From NCBI GenBank assembly GCA_030695945.1, contig JAUYOG010000009.1, positions 1,687-65,686 of the forward strand: a stretch of 64,000 bases of DNA. The letters run 5' to 3'. The position numbers and the translations under genes were made by a program. Within the stretch, counting starts at the first letter, position 1, and each line of letters begins with the position of its first letter. The DNA is from Ramlibacter sp. Lineage in GTDB: Bacteria > Pseudomonadota > Gammaproteobacteria > Burkholderiales > Burkholderiaceae_C. The notes under the pieces were generated by a model. That model searched no databases. It was not told where the DNA came from and worked only from the letters and a program-made list of their open reading frames with translations. This document shows positions 22,543 through 30,717 of the stretch, one piece after another.

Positions 22543-24629
22543 GGCGCGCCCGCTGCCGCGGCGGCAGCGGCCGTGTCGATGGCCTTCTTCGCGAACTCGG
22601 CGCGCAGCGCCTTGAGCTTCTCGCGCGGGTCTTCCTTGATGGTGGCCTGCGCGAGCGCCATCTCGGCGATGAAGCGGCTGGGCTGCGCGGTGATCATCTC
22701 GCGCCCCTTCTTTCGTTTCTTCGTCCAGCTCACCGCCAGCGAGCGCTGGGCGCGGGTGATGCCCACGTACATCAGGCGCCGCTCTTCCTGCAGCCGCTGC
22801 AGGAGGCCTTCGCTCATCGGCCCGTCGGCCCGGCCGGTCGGGTTGTCGTCATCGCCCAGCTTGAAAGGCAGCAGCCCCTCGGTCACGCCCACCAACATCA
22901 CGTGCGGCCACTCCAGGCCTTTGGCCGCGTGCAGGGTCGAGAGCGTGACCACGTTCTGGTCCTGCTCGCGCTCGTTGATCGTGGAGAGCAGGGCGATGGT
23001 CTGAGCCACCTCGAGCAAACTTTTCCTTTCCGACTCCAGCGTCACGCCGGCGGTGTCGTCGATGATGCCGCCGCAGCGCTGAGACATCCAGTCGCAGAAC
23101 TCCAGCACGTTGGTCCAGCGCGCAGCCGCCACCCGCTCGTTGTCCTCGCCGTCGTACAGGTGCTTCTCGTAGCCGATCTCCTTGAGCCACTCCAGCATGA
23201 ACGCGCGCGCATCCCCGGCGCCATGGGTGTGGCGGGCGCGGAACTCCAGGTCGTTCACGTAGCGGCCGAATTCGTGCAGGCTGCCCACGGCCTTGGCCGG
23301 CAGCACGGCGCCGAGGGAGGAGGAGAACAGCGCCGCGAACAGGCTCTGACGGTACTTGCTCGCGAACGTGCCCAGGTTCTGCAGCGTGGTGTGGCCGATA
23401 CCGCGTTTGGGCGTGGTGATGGCGCGCAGGAATGCCGGGTCGTCGTCGTTGTTGATCCAGAGGCGAAACCACGCGCACAGGTCCTTGATTTCGGCGCGGT
23501 CGAAGAAGCTCTGGCCGCCCGACACCTTGTAGGGGATCTGGGCCTTGCGCAGCTGCTGCTCGAACACCCGGGCCTGGTGGTTGGCGCGGTAGAGCACCGC
23601 GAAATCCTTCCAGTCCTGGCTCAAGCCGTTGGCGCGGGTGGACTGGATGCGCGCCACCACGCGCTCGGCCTCGTGCTCCTCGTTGTCGCAATCCACCACG
23701 CGCACCGGCTCGCCTTCGCCGAGCTCGGAGAACAGCGTCTTGGGAAACAGCTTGGGGTTGGGCCCGATCACGTTGTTGGCCGCGCGCAGGATCGCACTCG
23801 TGGACCGGTAGTTCTGTTCCAGCTTCACCACCTTCAGCTGGGGGAAGTCCAGCGGCAGGCGCTTGAGGTTGTCCAGCGTCGCGCCGCGCCAGCCGTAGAT
23901 CGACTGGTCGTCGTCGCCCACCGCGGTGAAGCGGCCCTTGCTGCCCACCAGCAGCTTCAGCACCTCGTACTGGGTGGCGTTGGTGTCCTGGTATTCGTCC
24001 ACCAGCACGTGGCCCAGCTGCGCCTGCCACTTCTCGCGCACCTGCGCGTGTTGCTGCAGGAGCTTCAGGGGCAGGCCGATCAGGTCGTCGAAGTCCACGC
24101 TCTGGTAGGCGGCGAGGCGCTCCTCGTAGCGGCCCATGATGCGCGCGGTGATCTTCTCGTTGTCGTCCTTGGCCTGCGCCTCGGCCTGCGCCGCGTTCAG
24201 GCCCATGTTCTTCCACAGGCTGATCGCCCATTGCCACTGGCGCGCGGTGGCCGCGTCGGTGGTGCCGCCGGCGTCCTTCAGGATGCCCGTCACGTCGTCG
24301 CTGTCGAGGATGGAGAACTGGGGCTTGAGGCCCAGCGCCGCGCCGTCCTGGCGCAGCATGCGCACGCCCAGCGCGTGGAAGGTGCAGACCAGCACATCCC
24401 TCGCGTCGCGGCCGATCAGGCTCTTGGCGCGCTCGCGCATTTCCGCGGCCGCCTTGTTCGTGAAGGTGATGGCGGCAATGCGCTTCGCCTCGAGTCCCGC
24501 CTGGATGAGCCGCGCGATCTTGTGCGTGATCACGCGCGTCTTGCCCGATCCCGCGCCCGCCAGGACGAGGCACGGCCCATGCATGTAATTGACAGCTTCT
24601 TGCTGCGCGAGGTTCAGGCCTGCGGACAT
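22539..24629 (-). CDS. rep: ATP-dependent DNA helicase Rep (UvrD family)
   Basis: AGAGSGKT, TFTNKAA, VDEYQDTN, VGDDDQSIYGWRGA, LEQNYRS, TLHAAKGLEW, EERRLMYVGITRA. Confidence 0.9.
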   Translation of the reverse strand: MSAGLNLAQQEAVNYMHGPCLVLAGAGSGKTRVITHKIARLIQAGLEAKRIAAITFTNKAAAEMRERAKSLIGRDARDVLVCTFHALGVRMLRQDGAALGLKPQFSILDSDDVTGILKDAGGTTDAATARQWQWAISLWKNMGLNAAQAEAQAKDDNEKITARIMGRYEERLAAYQSVDFDDLIGLPLKLLQQHAQVREKWQAQLGHVLVDEYQDTNATQYEVLKLLVGSKGRFTAVGDDDQSIYGWRGATLDNLKRLPLDFPQLKVVKLEQNYRSTSAILRAANNVIGPNPKLFPKTLFSELGEGEPVRVVDCDNEEHEAERVVARIQSTRANGLSQDWKDFAVLYRANHQARVFEQQLRKAQIPYKVSGGQSFFDRAEIKDLCAWFRLWINNDDDPAFLRAITTPKRGIGHTTLQNLGTFASKYRQSLFAALFSSSLGAVLPAKAVGSLHEFGRYVNDLEFRARHTHGAGDARAFMLEWLKEIGYEKHLYDGEDNERVAAARWTNVLEFCDWMSQRCGGIIDDTAGVTLESERKSLLEVAQTIALLSTINEREQDQNVVTLSTLHAAKGLEWPHVMLVGVTEGLLPFKLGDDDNPTGRADGPMSEGLLQRLQEERRLMYVGITRAQRSLAVSWTKKRKKGREMITAQPSRFIAEMALAQATIKEDPREKLKALRAEFAKKAIDTAAAAAAAGAP

Positions 24630-24673
24630 CGGGAAAGGGACGAGGGGGAGTACTGCGGGAGGGAAGCCGGGGA

Positions 24674-26356
24674 TCATACCGGGACGGCTTCGGCCGGCCC
24701 GCCAATGCGCCCACGCGCGAAGTCCCATTCCACCCGCAAGCGGCCGGCGTGTCCCGGGTCGTCGAGCGCCGCCGCCAGGTCGCCCAGCGCCGCATCCAGC
24801 GGCCGGGCGCCCGGCACCCGGCCCCAGGCAATGCGCAGCCGTGCCTTGCGCGGCTCGATGCCCAGGGCGACGATGCGAAGCGCGCGCGAAAACAACGTCG
24901 TGGCCAGCGCGTCCACGTCGGACTGCTCCAGCCTGAGCGGGCCGCGCAGCGCCAGTTCATGGTGCGACCAGCGACCGGCCTGGATGCCCGGTCGCACGGC
25001 CGCGGCCATCAACATGTGCACGAAGCGCTCCACGGCCACCGCATCCAGCGACAGCAAGGTGGGCGAGCCCGGGGCCAGCGCCTCCAGCCTCAGCAGCATG
25101 AGCAGGGAGCCGGCGCCCGTGGCCCGCGGCACGCGAGACAGGCGCTGGACCATCTCGCGGCGGGTTTCACCCACGGCTTCGTCCTGGGCCACTTCGGCCA
25201 GGCTTTGCCGCACCATCAGGTGTTGCCGCTCCAGCAGGTGCAGGCCATACAGGTTGAAAGGCAGCTCGAGCACTGCACCCACCGGCATCGCCAGCAGGAT
25301 CCAGGGCGAGAAGGGCACGATGCCGGAAATCCCGAGGGTCGTCGCGCCGACGCCCACCACCACGGGGGTGAAGCCCACCAGCAGCCAGGCCGCGGGGCGG
25401 TTGTGCGTGCGCCAGGCCAGCCACAGGCTGCACAGGCCCAGCACCATCGCCGCGAGCGCCGTGACATGGCTCGTCACCTGGTGCACGGGCAGGCTGAACG
25501 CCAGCCCTGCCACACCGGCCACGACGCTGGCCCAGCCGGCGGCACGCAGCATCTTCGCGAAACGGGGGACGCGCACGTCGAGTGCGAACACGCGCTCGGC
25601 GAGCATCAACGCGAATCCCGATGCCAGGCAGGCCAGCAGCGCAGAAGCCTCGCCGCGCAGGTTCGCGAGCAGCGGCCACAGCCACGATTCGCCGAAGCCG
25701 ATGATGAACATGGCCGCCGACGTGGTCGTCAACCCGAGCAACCCGTACAGGCCCCATGCCGCGCTGCGCACCCGAAGCGCCCGTGCGAATGCATAGGCGC
25801 TGGACAGCAGCGCCACCGACAGGCACAGGCCGATGGCCACGACGAAGTTGCGGGCGATGTCCTTGCCCTGGGCCAGCGGCTGCAGCAGGAATTCGCCCCG
25901 CATCGGAATCGTCCCCGCCAGGCGCAGGTAGACCCGCTGGCCGAGCGCCTCCGGCGGCAACTCCAGCGAGGCCGGAAAGCGCGTGCCCTGCCGACGGCTC
26001 GCCGGCACATCGCGGCCGGCCCACGCGACCGGCGTGCCGGCACCGGGCAGGTACACCTGCGCCGAGCGGACCGACGGTTGCGTCAGTTCCAGCAGCGCCG
26101 GCTGCCCACCGGGCGCGGGCGGCAAGTCCAGGGCATACCAGACCGGCTGGCGGGCAGGCACGCGGAATTCAGGCTGGCCCGGGCGCGCCGGCGTGGCATC
26201 GAGCGCGGCCTGGGCCTGCGCGGGGCCGTCGGCGCCGGGTGGAGGCGTCCATTCGCGCACGGCGGCGATCGAAAGGGCGGGCGATGCGGCCCCGGCGCTA
26301 CCGCCCGGCATCGCGAAAGCCAGCAACAGCAAAGCCACCCAGGACACATGACGCAT
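24674..26356 (-). CDS. 7TM-DISM sensor protein with degenerate GGDEF-like C-terminus
   Basis: Signal peptide, extracellular beta domain (VWYALDL..LLELTQP..VYL), about 7 TM helices, cytoplasmic GSLLMLLRL...AGRWSHHELAL in place of R.GGDEF. Confidence 0.65.
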   Translation of the reverse strand: MRHVSWVALLLLAFAMPGGSAGAASPALSIAAVREWTPPPGADGPAQAQAALDATPARPGQPEFRVPARQPVWYALDLPPAPGGQPALLELTQPSVRSAQVYLPGAGTPVAWAGRDVPASRRQGTRFPASLELPPEALGQRVYLRLAGTIPMRGEFLLQPLAQGKDIARNFVVAIGLCLSVALLSSAYAFARALRVRSAAWGLYGLLGLTTTSAAMFIIGFGESWLWPLLANLRGEASALLACLASGFALMLAERVFALDVRVPRFAKMLRAAGWASVVAGVAGLAFSLPVHQVTSHVTALAAMVLGLCSLWLAWRTHNRPAAWLLVGFTPVVVGVGATTLGISGIVPFSPWILLAMPVGAVLELPFNLYGLHLLERQHLMVRQSLAEVAQDEAVGETRREMVQRLSRVPRATGAGSLLMLLRLEALAPGSPTLLSLDAVAVERFVHMLMAAAVRPGIQAGRWSHHELALRGPLRLEQSDVDALATTLFSRALRIVALGIEPRKARLRIAWGRVPGARPLDAALGDLAAALDDPGHAGRLRVEWDFARGRIGGPAEAVPV

Positions 26357-26388
26357 GGGCGGCCATTGTAGGGAGGCGACAATACGCC

Positions 26389-27354
26389 GTGCTCGAAGTC
26401 CTGCTGGTCACCTTCCCCTTCTTCGCCCTGGTCCTGGCCGGCTACGTCGCAGCCCGCAAGCGCATGCTGCCGCTCGATGCCATTCCGGGCCTCAACACCT
26501 TCGTCCTGTACTTCGCGCTGCCCTGCATGCTGTACCGCTTCGGTGCCAGCACGCCGGTGTCGCAGCTGCTGGATGCGGCGGCGGCCTCGGTGTGGGTGTT
26601 GTGCGCCCTCGCGTCGGTCGCATTCGTGGTCTGGGCCAGCCGCAACTCGCGCATCGGCTGGAACGATGCGTCCTTCGGCGCGCTGGTGGCCGCGTTCCCC
26701 AACACCGGCTTCATGGGCGTGCCGCTGCTGGTCGCGCTGCTCGGCGCGCAGGCCGCCGGGCCGGCCATCCTCACGATCCTGATCGACCTGGTGATCACCA
26801 GCTCGCTGTGCATCGCGCTGTCCCGCCTGGACGGCGCGGACGTCCACGGCGCCGAGGTCGCGGCGATGAAGGCGCTCAAGGGCATGGCGCTCAACCCCAT
26901 GCCGTGGTCGATCCTGCTGGGTGCGGCGGCATCGGCACTGAGCTTCGAACCGGTGAAGCCGCTGGCGCAGACGATCAACCTGCTGGCCGACTCCGCCTCG
27001 CCTGTCGCGCTGTTCACGATCGGCGCGGTGCTCTCGCGCTCGCAATACATCGCCGCCATGGAAGAACACGCCCCCATGCCCTGGCGGGATTTCGTGCCGG
27101 TCGCCTTGTTCAAGCTGCTTGCGCATCCGCTGCTGGTGTGGGGCGCGGGCAGCATCGCCATCGCCTTGGGCTTGCCGCTGGACCGCTTTGCGCTGACGGT
27201 GATGGTGCTGGTGGCTGCGCTGCCGTCGGCCAGCAATGTGGCGCTGTTGGCCGAGCGTTTCGGCGCCGACACCGGCCGCATCGCGCGCATCATCCTGCTC
27301 ACGACGGCGGCGGCGTTCCTGACGTTCTCGGCGGCGGTGGCGCTATTGCATTGA
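26389..27354 (+). CDS. AEC family (auxin efflux carrier-like) transporter
   Basis: FVLYFALPCML, FPNTGFMGVP, PVALFTIG, KLLAHP, AALPSASN. Confidence 0.93.
   Translation: MLEVLLVTFPFFALVLAGYVAARKRMLPLDAIPGLNTFVLYFALPCMLYRFGASTPVSQLLDAAAASVWVLCALASVAFVVWASRNSRIGWNDASFGALVAAFPNTGFMGVPLLVALLGAQAAGPAILTILIDLVITSSLCIALSRLDGADVHGAEVAAMKALKGMALNPMPWSILLGAAASALSFEPVKPLAQTINLLADSASPVALFTIGAVLSRSQYIAAMEEHAPMPWRDFVPVALFKLLAHPLLVWGAGSIAIALGLPLDRFALTVMVLVAALPSASNVALLAERFGADTGRIARIILLTTAAAFLTFSAAVALLH
27331..27354 (+). repeat. Left copy of 24-bp direct repeat (3' end of AEC gene)
   Basis: GCGGCGGTGGCGCTATTGCATTGA vs GCGGCAGTGGCGCTACTGAAGTGA at 34677-34700; 20/24 identical. Confidence 0.7.
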
Positions 27355-27386
27355 CAGGCACGTGCCGCTAGCGTGGCGCCAATGCC

Positions 27387-30300
27387 TCAGGCGGCCTGGG
27401 CAGTTGCAGCGTCATCCACCTTTGTCACGGCATCCACTGCTTCAAGCGGAAGGCCTAGGCGCAGGAAGTCATCGGCAGGTATCACCACCACCAAGGCCGC
27501 GACCCGCGGCGAGAGCGTCAATGCACGCGTCACCTGGTACACGCTCCCGAACGGCATGGGCCATGTCTCACCGGAGGCCGACAATGTTTCCTCGCCATTC
27601 GTCAGCACCGCAGCGACGCCACCGGACCGCAGCGACTGCCAACGCGCCGTAGCGGCTCGAAAGGCGTTCCCTCCGCCCACGAACACCTCGACCGGGATCC
27701 GCCCGTCGCCTTGCATCAAGCCGTCCAGGAAGGCCGGTATATGCCGCCGCGATATCTCGGCCCCGCCCAGCAGGGGTGCGAAGTTCACCTCGTTGATGAT
27801 CGCCCCGTTCTCATGCCAGGGCCGGCTGATATCCGGGCTGATGATGTCGATTCCGGCAACATCCAGTCCGAACAAGGCCGATGCGGCCAGCGCCACCCTG
27901 AGGTTCTCGGGATGGATGCGCTGTGTCACCTCCTCATCCACGCCGCCCCACTCGGTCGATTCGATCCTGCGCAACGGCACCCTCGTGCCCTCGCCTGGTA
28001 CGGAAGACGCCGTCAATCCTGCTGCGGCCATGGCGGCCAGTGCCATCGGGTCCAGCGGCCTGATGGCCGAGCGAGTCCATGGCGGCAGGCGCTGCTGCAC
28101 ATCGAACTCCTGGGCCACCAGTTCGGCAACGGTCTGTCGGCCATTGCCCGTCACCGACATCGGCATGCGCTTGACCGCATAGAGCAGTTGGCCGTCCCTG
28201 ACGAACAGGCGGTGGCAAACACCTTCCACCTGCTGTTCAATGATGGCCTGCTTGGCCTTGGAGTGACGCAAGGCCTCGTCGAAGGCCACCTGCAGACGCT
28301 GATCGTCGGCCACGTCGACGGCGACGCCTTCGCCGCGGTCGCGGTCGATCGGCTTGACGACCACCGGCCAGCCGATGCGCCGGGCAGCACGGCAGGCGGC
28401 GTCATAGGTTGCCGCAACGGCGTGCACTGCGGCGGGCAGGCCTGCCGACCGCAGCAAGCCCCCGGTGGCCACCTTGTCCTGCGCCAGCTTGGCGCCCATC
28501 GCCGAATCCAGCACCGTGGTGCTGCGATCGATGCGCCGGGCCCGCGCACCCCAGCCCAGCTGGAATACGCCAAGGCCAAGATGCCGAAACGGAACCCCTT
28601 TGGCATGCGCCGCCTGAAGCACCGGCATGCTGGACTTGCCGGTCAACAGCATGCGCGACAGCGGCGCGACGATCGGTTCTTCGATGAGGGTGTAGAAGTC
28701 CTTCAGGTTTTCGTCGTTCAATTCATGCTCGTTCGCCCATGCCCCGAGCCTGAAGGCCGCATTGATGGCCGTCTCGTAAGCCGCGCGCGGCAGATGATCG
28801 ATCCGGGCCAGCGCCACCTGGCCTTGCCAGCCCTTGCTTGCGCCGCCCATGGGCTCGATCGATTTGATTTCGGGCGGGTCAAAAACGGGGATGCGGGCGG
28901 CCTGCAGCAGTGCCCGCGCCAGCAGCAGGCAGCGCGACAGCCAGGGCCATGCCCTGCTTGAACCGGCCCCGACCGGCCCGGACAAAGGAGCCGGCTCTTT
29001 CGTTGCGGCCAGGTCGATTTGCAGCGCCCCGGCGAGCCAGGCATCGAGCCGTCTCAGGTCCACCTGTTCCGGAACGTCAAACGCAATCCTGAAGGGCCGC
29101 TGCATTTGCCTTGCCGGCGGCGCTGTCGTCACGCCGGATGCCACCACCTCGGGTCGGCCGGCAGCCGCCGGCCGATCGAGCCGCATGGCAATGGAAGCCT
29201 TCAGCGCCTCGCGATCCGGCTTGCCGCGGTCGTTGCGCGGAATGCGGTCGAGCATCACCACCTGATGCAGGGCGTGCGCACCCAGGCGCTCCCGCGCGAA
29301 CGACAGCAGCGCCTGCGCATCAACGCGCGCGCCCTCGACCAGTGTCACGGCGCAGACCGGAATGTCCTGGTGGACCGCATGCTTCAGCGGCATGGCCGCC
29401 GCCTCCCAGACGGCAGGGTGCGCCGTCAGCACCTGCTCGATCTCGGCCGGGTAGATGTTGATGCCGTTGACGATCATCATGTCGTCGCTGCGGCCAAGGT
29501 GAATCAATTGGCCGTCCGGCGTCATCTGGCCCAGGTCGCCGGGATAGAACCAGCCATTTCTGAACGCCCTGGCCGTGGCAAGCTCGTCGTCGAGGTAGCC
29601 AGCGATCATCGTCGGACTCTGGATGCGAACTTGGCCAGGCTGCCCGGCAGGCACTGGCGCGTCTTGCTCATCGACAACTTCCAGCCGGAAGCCGCCCTGC
29701 GGCCGCCCCACCGTTCCAGGCACCTGGTAGACGTCCGGCCATTCGGTTGCGCACAGCGTGCCGCTCTCGTTCGTCCCGTAGAGCACGCAGAGCCGCGAGC
29801 ACAGCCTCTCGCGGATGCGCTGGCGCAGGTTGGCCGAGACGGTCGAGCCGATCAGCATCAGGGCGGTGAGCGACTCCATGGCGGCTTCGGGGCCCACGGG
29901 CAGCGACTGGAGCAGCTTTTCGGCATGCATCACGGTGCCATAGAGGGCCGTCACCTTGAACCCGTCGATCAGTTCCGCGACGCCCCGGCGATTCTTGTCG
30001 CACAGGACAAAGGGCGTTCCCTTGGTGAGCGCTTCCAGGTAACGCATCTTGGTGGTGTAGAAGTCGAGCGGGATGAGCGATGCAAAGACATCGCTTGCGG
30101 CATAGGGAAACAAATCCTGGCCGGTTTTCATGCGCGCCCACTGCTGGCGGTGCGTGATCGGCAGGAGCTTGGCACGGCCGGTCGAGCCCGACCCGTTCAC
30201 GATGATCCACGGCGCTGCCGGGTCCTCATCTTTCCAGCCGGGGTCTGGCGCCGTGTCGTGCAAACGCCCATCCTCCGTGCCAAGGGGGATCGTCAAGATT

Positions 30301-30638
30301 CCGCTGTATTGCAGGCCCGCCATGTCGGTTGCCAGGTGCCGCGCCTCCACCTGTTCCAGCAGTTGCCGGCGTTTCACGGGCGGCGTGCTCAGTGGCAGGC
30401 TGAACACCGTGGCCCCGATCCTGGCGCTGGCCATCATGCAGCAGAACAGCTCCAGCTCGTTGTCAAAGGTGTGCGCCAGCAGATCCCCGCGGCCCACGCC
30501 GCAGCGGTGCAAATGGCCGGCAAACTGCCAGACCCGGGCGTCCAGCTCCTCGAATGTCAGCTTGCGGTCTTGCAGGATGATGGCCGGGGCCGGGCCGAGC
30601 GCCGCGGCCTGGCTTTCCAGCATGTCACTGATGTTCAT
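27387..30638 (-). CDS. Fusion: class I adenylate-forming (AMP-binding) enzyme + cyanophycin synthetase-like ATP-grasp with degenerate Mur-ligase remnant
   Basis: ANL motifs GSGSTGRAK, YGTNESG, FYPGDLG, GRSDDM..NGINIYPAEIE, PRNDRGK; CphA-like FQLGWGARARRI, AQDK, PVVVKP, IEQQVEG..HRL, GLDVAGIDI, NEVNFAP, GDGRIPV. Confidence 0.88.
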   Translation of the reverse strand: MNISDMLESQAAALGPAPAIILQDRKLTFEELDARVWQFAGHLHRCGVGRGDLLAHTFDNELELFCCMMASARIGATVFSLPLSTPPVKRRQLLEQVEARHLATDMAGLQYSGILTIPLGTEDGRLHDTAPDPGWKDEDPAAPWIIVNGSGSTGRAKLLPITHRQQWARMKTGQDLFPYAASDVFASLIPLDFYTTKMRYLEALTKGTPFVLCDKNRRGVAELIDGFKVTALYGTVMHAEKLLQSLPVGPEAAMESLTALMLIGSTVSANLRQRIRERLCSRLCVLYGTNESGTLCATEWPDVYQVPGTVGRPQGGFRLEVVDEQDAPVPAGQPGQVRIQSPTMIAGYLDDELATARAFRNGWFYPGDLGQMTPDGQLIHLGRSDDMMIVNGINIYPAEIEQVLTAHPAVWEAAAMPLKHAVHQDIPVCAVTLVEGARVDAQALLSFARERLGAHALHQVVMLDRIPRNDRGKPDREALKASIAMRLDRPAAAGRPEVVASGVTTAPPARQMQRPFRIAFDVPEQVDLRRLDAWLAGALQIDLAATKEPAPLSGPVGAGSSRAWPWLSRCLLLARALLQAARIPVFDPPEIKSIEPMGGASKGWQGQVALARIDHLPRAAYETAINAAFRLGAWANEHELNDENLKDFYTLIEEPIVAPLSRMLLTGKSSMPVLQAAHAKGVPFRHLGLGVFQLGWGARARRIDRSTTVLDSAMGAKLAQDKVATGGLLRSAGLPAAVHAVAATYDAACRAARRIGWPVVVKPIDRDRGEGVAVDVADDQRLQVAFDEALRHSKAKQAIIEQQVEGVCHRLFVRDGQLLYAVKRMPMSVTGNGRQTVAELVAQEFDVQQRLPPWTRSAIRPLDPMALAAMAAAGLTASSVPGEGTRVPLRRIESTEWGGVDEEVTQRIHPENLRVALAASALFGLDVAGIDIISPDISRPWHENGAIINEVNFAPLLGGAEISRRHIPAFLDGLMQGDGRIPVEVFVGGGNAFRAATARWQSLRSGGVAAVLTNGEETLSASGETWPMPFGSVYQVTRALTLSPRVAALVVVIPADDFLRLGLPLEAVDAVTKVDDAATAQAA

Positions 30639-30661
30639 GGGTCAAGCGCGGGCCGCGGAGC

Positions 30662-30692
30662 AAAAGGCCCTGCCCGGTTCGGCAGGCAGGGC
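30662..30692 (-). terminator. Probable terminator/attenuator after RTX gene
   Basis: On minus strand GCCCTGCC-N10-GGCAGGGC then CTTTT. Confidence 0.6.
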
Positions 30693-30717
30693 TCTCGCAG
30701 CCAAGCGACCAGCGTGA

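Noticed and set aside
27387-29100. Call as true cyanophycin synthetase cphA
   Set aside because: M-domain P-loop is absent and the domain truncated; no cphB or partner cphA nearby; fused to an adenylation domain
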